A DNA stretch of 64,000 nt from assembly GCA_964016885.1 (NCBI GenBank), contig OZ024743.1, positions 254,510,001 through 254,574,000 on the forward strand. The letters are read 5' to 3'. Below the pieces are notes generated by a model. The model was not told the origin of the DNA and did not search any database. It saw only the letters and a program-made list of their open reading frames with translations. The DNA is from Eledone cirrhosa (Eukaryota). Position 1 is the first letter of the stretch. Every line of letters begins with the position of its first letter. Positions 59,101-64,000 of this stretch are shown one piece after another. The position numbers and the translations under genes were made by a program.

Positions 59101-59400
59101 GCTATTTATAATCTATTTTTTTGCGAAAGCCACTTTTTAGTAGTGCAGCATTGTAATGAAGATGGAACTGTCCTGTGTATTTCACACACACACACACTTG
59201 TATCTGTAAATGAATTATTGTAGGTGAGTTGAATCTATAGATGAGTTGTTGTATATAATGTGTTGTATTTGAATGTATCTGCAGATGAATTTGTCTAGAC
59301 TTGAATGCTAATACTTTAGTAAAAGACATGATATATCTATGAGGTTTGCAACACGGACTGAAAGTTTACTCAAATTTACATGTGGAGTGTTAAATATACA
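59101..59400 (-). pseudogene. Small decayed Naiad RT remnant
   Basis: HYNAALLKSGFRKKIDY resembles YYNQALKRSGFREEISY. Confidence 0.5.
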
Positions 59401-60214
59401 TTGTCAGCTCTCATATACCAGATCAGTCTCCATTCAAAACCATTCCAGCCATCTACATCATGTCTGTTTTTTGCATATCCAACACTACATTGATTAATAT
59501 GCCTTACATATTTTTAAAGACAGTATAGTGTGGTTTAAGAGAATTTGCCTGTTACCTTTTTAGATCGAGCACTCACCTAGAGGCATTGTCGTTGGTGTTG
59601 ATGTTAGGTTTTGTTAGTGGTGATAGAAGTGTTAGTGAATTAGAAACATTATTACTTTCAGTGAATTTGATGGTAGTGTTGAGTAATAAGTTCTCTTTGG
59701 TCTTTTGTGATAGTAGACAATCTCTCTCGTGTCAGTGCCACAATAACTTGCACACAGTACACTTTCTAAAGGTGTTAGAGAATGACCAGAGAGACACCAT
59801 AGAACAGAGAAGATCTTTTAGACTTGCTAAGGACACAACAAACTCTAGTGTTGGTATCATAATAATATACACTCAGTATACTCTGTAGAGAATTGGGCTA
59901 ATGAGTAGAGATAACATAGGGTTAGGAGGACCCCTTATTTCTGCCATAACATTACAGAAAATGTGCTCTATACACTCTTTCAAATGGTTGCTGGAAAGTA
60001 TGAGCAGGCTCTGGTGCTGAAGATGGAGGTGTGGCTTCAAAACATTTTATGTGGGCACTGTAATACAAGGAACATATCTCATGACATTCTACCCCACATT
60101 CCCCTTGTAACAGGCTCAAGTAAGAGCAAGATACAGTCCTTTGATCTGTCAAGGAAGCCAGTAACTCTGAATAAGAGCTCACACTGATTGTGATGTCCTG
60201 GAAAGCAGCCATAG

Positions 60215-61030
60215 ATGGTTATGATGATGATAATAATGATAATAATGATTAAGTGATAATCATAATCACTATGACCGTAATGATGATGATGATGATGATG
60301 ATAACAATGATTATTGTAAGGTGGTGATGGTGCTAGTCACTATGACTTTAATGTTGATGATGGTCACAATGACTGTAAAGATGATAATGATGATGACAAT
60401 AGCTTTGGAAATGCTAATACAACAATAGTAGTGGATGTAGGAGGGATAGTAACCATAGAATCTGAAAATGCTAATGGCTTTGATGAGTTGGTTCTGGTGG
60501 GGACAGTTATGGTGAGTGAGATTGCTATAGGCTTTCTTGTAGATAACTGATGTTGGTGAAGATTGTTGTGGTGGTAATTATGGGAATAGTGATGATGGTG
60601 AGAGTAATGTTGTGTTGGTAATGGTGATGATAGTGGTGATGGTAATGGTGATAGTAATGATGGTGATGGGGATGATGATGATGGGTGTTATTGCTGAAGG
60701 CAACAGTGATAATGGCAGTGGAAGGTATGCTGGTTGGTAAAGGTAACTTTCAGCTAGAAGTAATAACAGCAGCAGTGGCAGTCACGGTAGGAAAGAGGCA
60801 TCTTGCCATTACTGAGCTGTTCATAGTAGTGGTGGTGGTGATGGGGAGACTGTTATTTGTGGTGTTGGTCATGGTGATGTGGAGATTGTTATTTATGGTG
60901 GTGTTAGTGGTTGTGTGGAAACTGGTGATAGTGATTATGGTGATGGGGAAACTGGTTGTAATGATGGTGCTGGTTATAGTATGGATATTGAAGGTATTTG
61001 TGATAATCGCAGTGTTAGTGGTAGCTGTGC
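60215..61030. repeat. Degenerate (GAT/GGT)n low-complexity region
   Basis: Trinucleotide-rich sequence. Confidence 0.8.
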
Positions 61031-62057
61031 TGTCAGAAATGTTTATTAAGAAATTAAAATGACATCATATTAATTACCAGTCATTGATTAAGGTAATAGG
61101 CACCTTGCACATACATAGACATACATGCAAACATAGATCGATTTTTATTATGGATTTTGAATCAGGAAATGGTACCATAAGGAAAGAACTTTTTCCACCT
61201 TACGTATTTTTCTTAAATATTATGTACTTTACATATGTACAAAATACTATGTGTTTCTCAAAGGATATATGGTTCTTTTTCATTCTCTCTCTATATATCT
61301 ATCTTAATTTGAATTATTGATGCTCTGGGAAAATGTCCACTGACCTTTTCTACTGAGAAACACAAGCATCTTACATAATATATATGTTGTGATACCTTAA
61401 ATTAGTATATAACTGCTCCAAATTCTTTATTTGTTGAGCTGCTCACACTGTGACTAGTACTTCATACCTCTTTCTAGTGGATATGACTTCCAGTCCTGTT
61501 TATATCTGCCACCACAGTTAAAACGTTATTACACCAAGCTGACTATAGTGTTTGCATAATTCGCGGATCCCAGAAGATATAAAAGTATTTTGTACTCTAT
61601 ACTCTATTGGAACTTTATTTAATCCCTTAGCATTTAAACCAACCATATCCAGTCAGAATTCTCTCACCTCTTTCTGTTCAAACTGACCAAAACTGGCTGC
61701 TATGTTAAATTATTGTTTTCAAAATAAATAATTTCAAATTCTCAGATTTGATATGTGAGATAATAATTATGTGAACATTATGTTTACCATGAAAATACAA
61801 TAGTAAATATAGAGTAATGTAAAGGCTAAAGACAAAATTCCTCTGATGATTGACTCGCATCTCCCATAGCTTTACCAAAATCGATAGTTGCAATCGATTA
61901 TTGATTGCTTAGATCGATTTTTGTTATGGTTTTTGAATCATGAAATGGTACCATAATGTTAGAACTTTTTCCACCTTGGAAGTACGTATTTTTCCTAAAT
62001 AATATGTGCTTTATGTGTGTACAAAATACTCTGTTTCTCAAACGATATATGGCTCTT

Positions 62058-62093
<36 letters not shown>

Positions 62094-62202
62094 ACTCTTA
62101 ATTTTCATTATATATATATGTGTGTAGAGAGAGATATATGTGGGTGCCTGTGATCTATATACGTAGGTCATAGACACACACACATATATATATTCATAAA
62201 TT

Positions 62203-62256
<54 letters not shown>

Positions 62257-62593
62257 ATAAGGACAAGCGAAGTAGTTTCAGATGTTCAAGTATATATATA
62301 TATATATATACACACCACCACCACTAGCTCTCTCTCTCTCTCTCTTCCATTCTCCTTCTCTGTTTCCTCTCCCTCTCTCTATGTGTCTCTTTCAATCTAC
62401 TCTCTCACAACCAGTATCTCTTTCTCTCTCTCTTTGTTTATGAAGGAACCCGTGCTCTGATTTACGTGAAACTTGTTTTATTCCATTTGTATTCCCATTT
62501 CAGGGTCAACTTCCTTTCAAAGTATTTTCCTATTATACACCATTTTGGGTGTATTACATTACAGACAAGCAAGCAATCACAGAGTTTTAATAG

Positions 62594-62624
<31 letters not shown>

Positions 62625-63099
62625 GTATATATATATATGTATATATATATATATGTATATATATATATTGTTTTTCCTGTTCGTATTGTTCTTTGCTTTG
62701 TTCAATTCCAGGCAAATTATATATATATTTTTCAATTTATTTATTTTGGTTTTTAATTTTAGTATTCATGATAATTATATAAATTCTTTTTGATTTGTTA
62801 TCCCACCATAGGGGCATGTATAATTTTAATAAAAAATTAATTTCTATTTTATTCCTCTCCACTGTATGTATGTGTGCATGTGTCCCCAACTCTTCCTAGC
62901 AGTAAAAGTGGATGTTAAGTGATGATGATGTATGTTCGTGTATGAGTGTGTGCATATATGTGAGTATTTCTCTGTCTTTTATTTACTGCCTGTAAATCAC
63001 TTTCTATCAGAATCATTCATCTAGCTGGAGTTTATAGAAATATATATGAGAAAAGCAGAATACATAATGACATGATAAATTTTGAAGTTGTTGCTGCCA

Positions 63100-63186
63100 C
63101 TGCCACTGTTGTTGTTGTTGTTGTTCTTCTTCTTCTTCTTCTTCTTCTTCTTCTTCTTCTTCTTCTTCTTCTTCATCTTCTTCTTT
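63100..63186. repeat. (TTG)n/(TTC)n microsatellite
   Basis: Direct trinucleotide repeats. Confidence 0.95.
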
Positions 63187-64000
63187 TTGGTTGTGACTAA
63201 TAAAGTGTTTGTAAGGATGATAGCTGCAGGATGTTGTAGCTATTATGATTTGTCATGGCTGTCCATCACCATTGTGATCATTATCCTCCTGTTTCTCCTT
63301 ATTCTTCTCTCCATCATTGTCACCATTACAATCATTATCACTACAACCAGCTGTCTTTATCTGCTCCAGCAGGCGCTCAAACATCGCCATAACCATCATT
63401 ACTATTAGTATTGGAAGCATTACAACCAATTCTAGCATTATCATTATTAAATTCAGCTCCCATCTTCACCGTCACTAACATTATCTCTATAAGCTGTGAT
63501 ATGATCGCAGCTTAAAACACTCACAGTGAAACTGTAAGTTTATACTATACATATTGTATAACATAAGCCAAACAATCACCAAGCTCATAGAAATCACAAC
63601 CACCAAACAACAATATAAAACAAACCACACAACATTTAATTTACATGAACAGCAGCCAACAATATAACACAAGTCACACACCACATAATGCTGCACAAAC
63701 ACTAACCAACACACTAACACACTCAGCATAATGGTTAATCTATATAAACACTAGCCACACAATATTTAATCTACACAAACACTAACCACACAATATAACA
63801 CTAACCACACATTTAATATACACAAACACTAGACCCCCTTCAGTCACGAATGACTATGGGATTTGCACCAAGGTAGTTGCCCTCTGAGGCACAAGTCAGG
63901 GCAAGGTTGTTTGTGGAAGACCAGCAGTCACCCATGCAAAAAAAGCCTCCCCTCTCCAAGCTACCCCTGTTTTCCAAGAGAAAGGCAATAGCCTTAGGGC

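Noticed and set aside
60685-61062. Hydrophobic 125-aa membrane-protein-like ORF
   Set aside because: Product of GTG/ATG low-complexity repeats
63833-64000. Possible LINE 5' region with HDV-like ribozyme
   Set aside because: Cut by the window end; could not build the nested double pseudoknot

Overview
Eukaryotic, AT-rich, gene-free-looking DNA; the repeat content suggests a cephalopod/octopus-like genome (inference only). Bases 1 to ~55 kb are a dense cluster of Penelope-like retroelements (PLEs) and non-coding relatives, almost all inserted into (TA)n microsatellites. There are six Naiad-type RT+GIY-YIG copies (one near full length, 34.1-36.8 kb) and two PLEs of other types. Many short non-coding units occur as tandem arrays or palindromes. 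By manual reading I find about 45 type I hammerhead ribozyme (HHR) motifs in about 17 sequence families. Three unrelated families carry the compensatory U3-A8 core (TTGANAA), one carries a C4 core (CCGAAGA), and many have family-specific palindromic stem III sequences. Several ORF-less 424-595 bp HHR tandem units look like non-autonomous retrozyme/circRNA-type elements. A recurring asymmetry is seen: the inverted 5' copy extends past the main 3' end. After ~55 kb the DNA is ordinary, with RTE LINE fragments, SINEs and simple repeats. No host gene could be supported. Coordinates were read by eye and may be off by a few bases.
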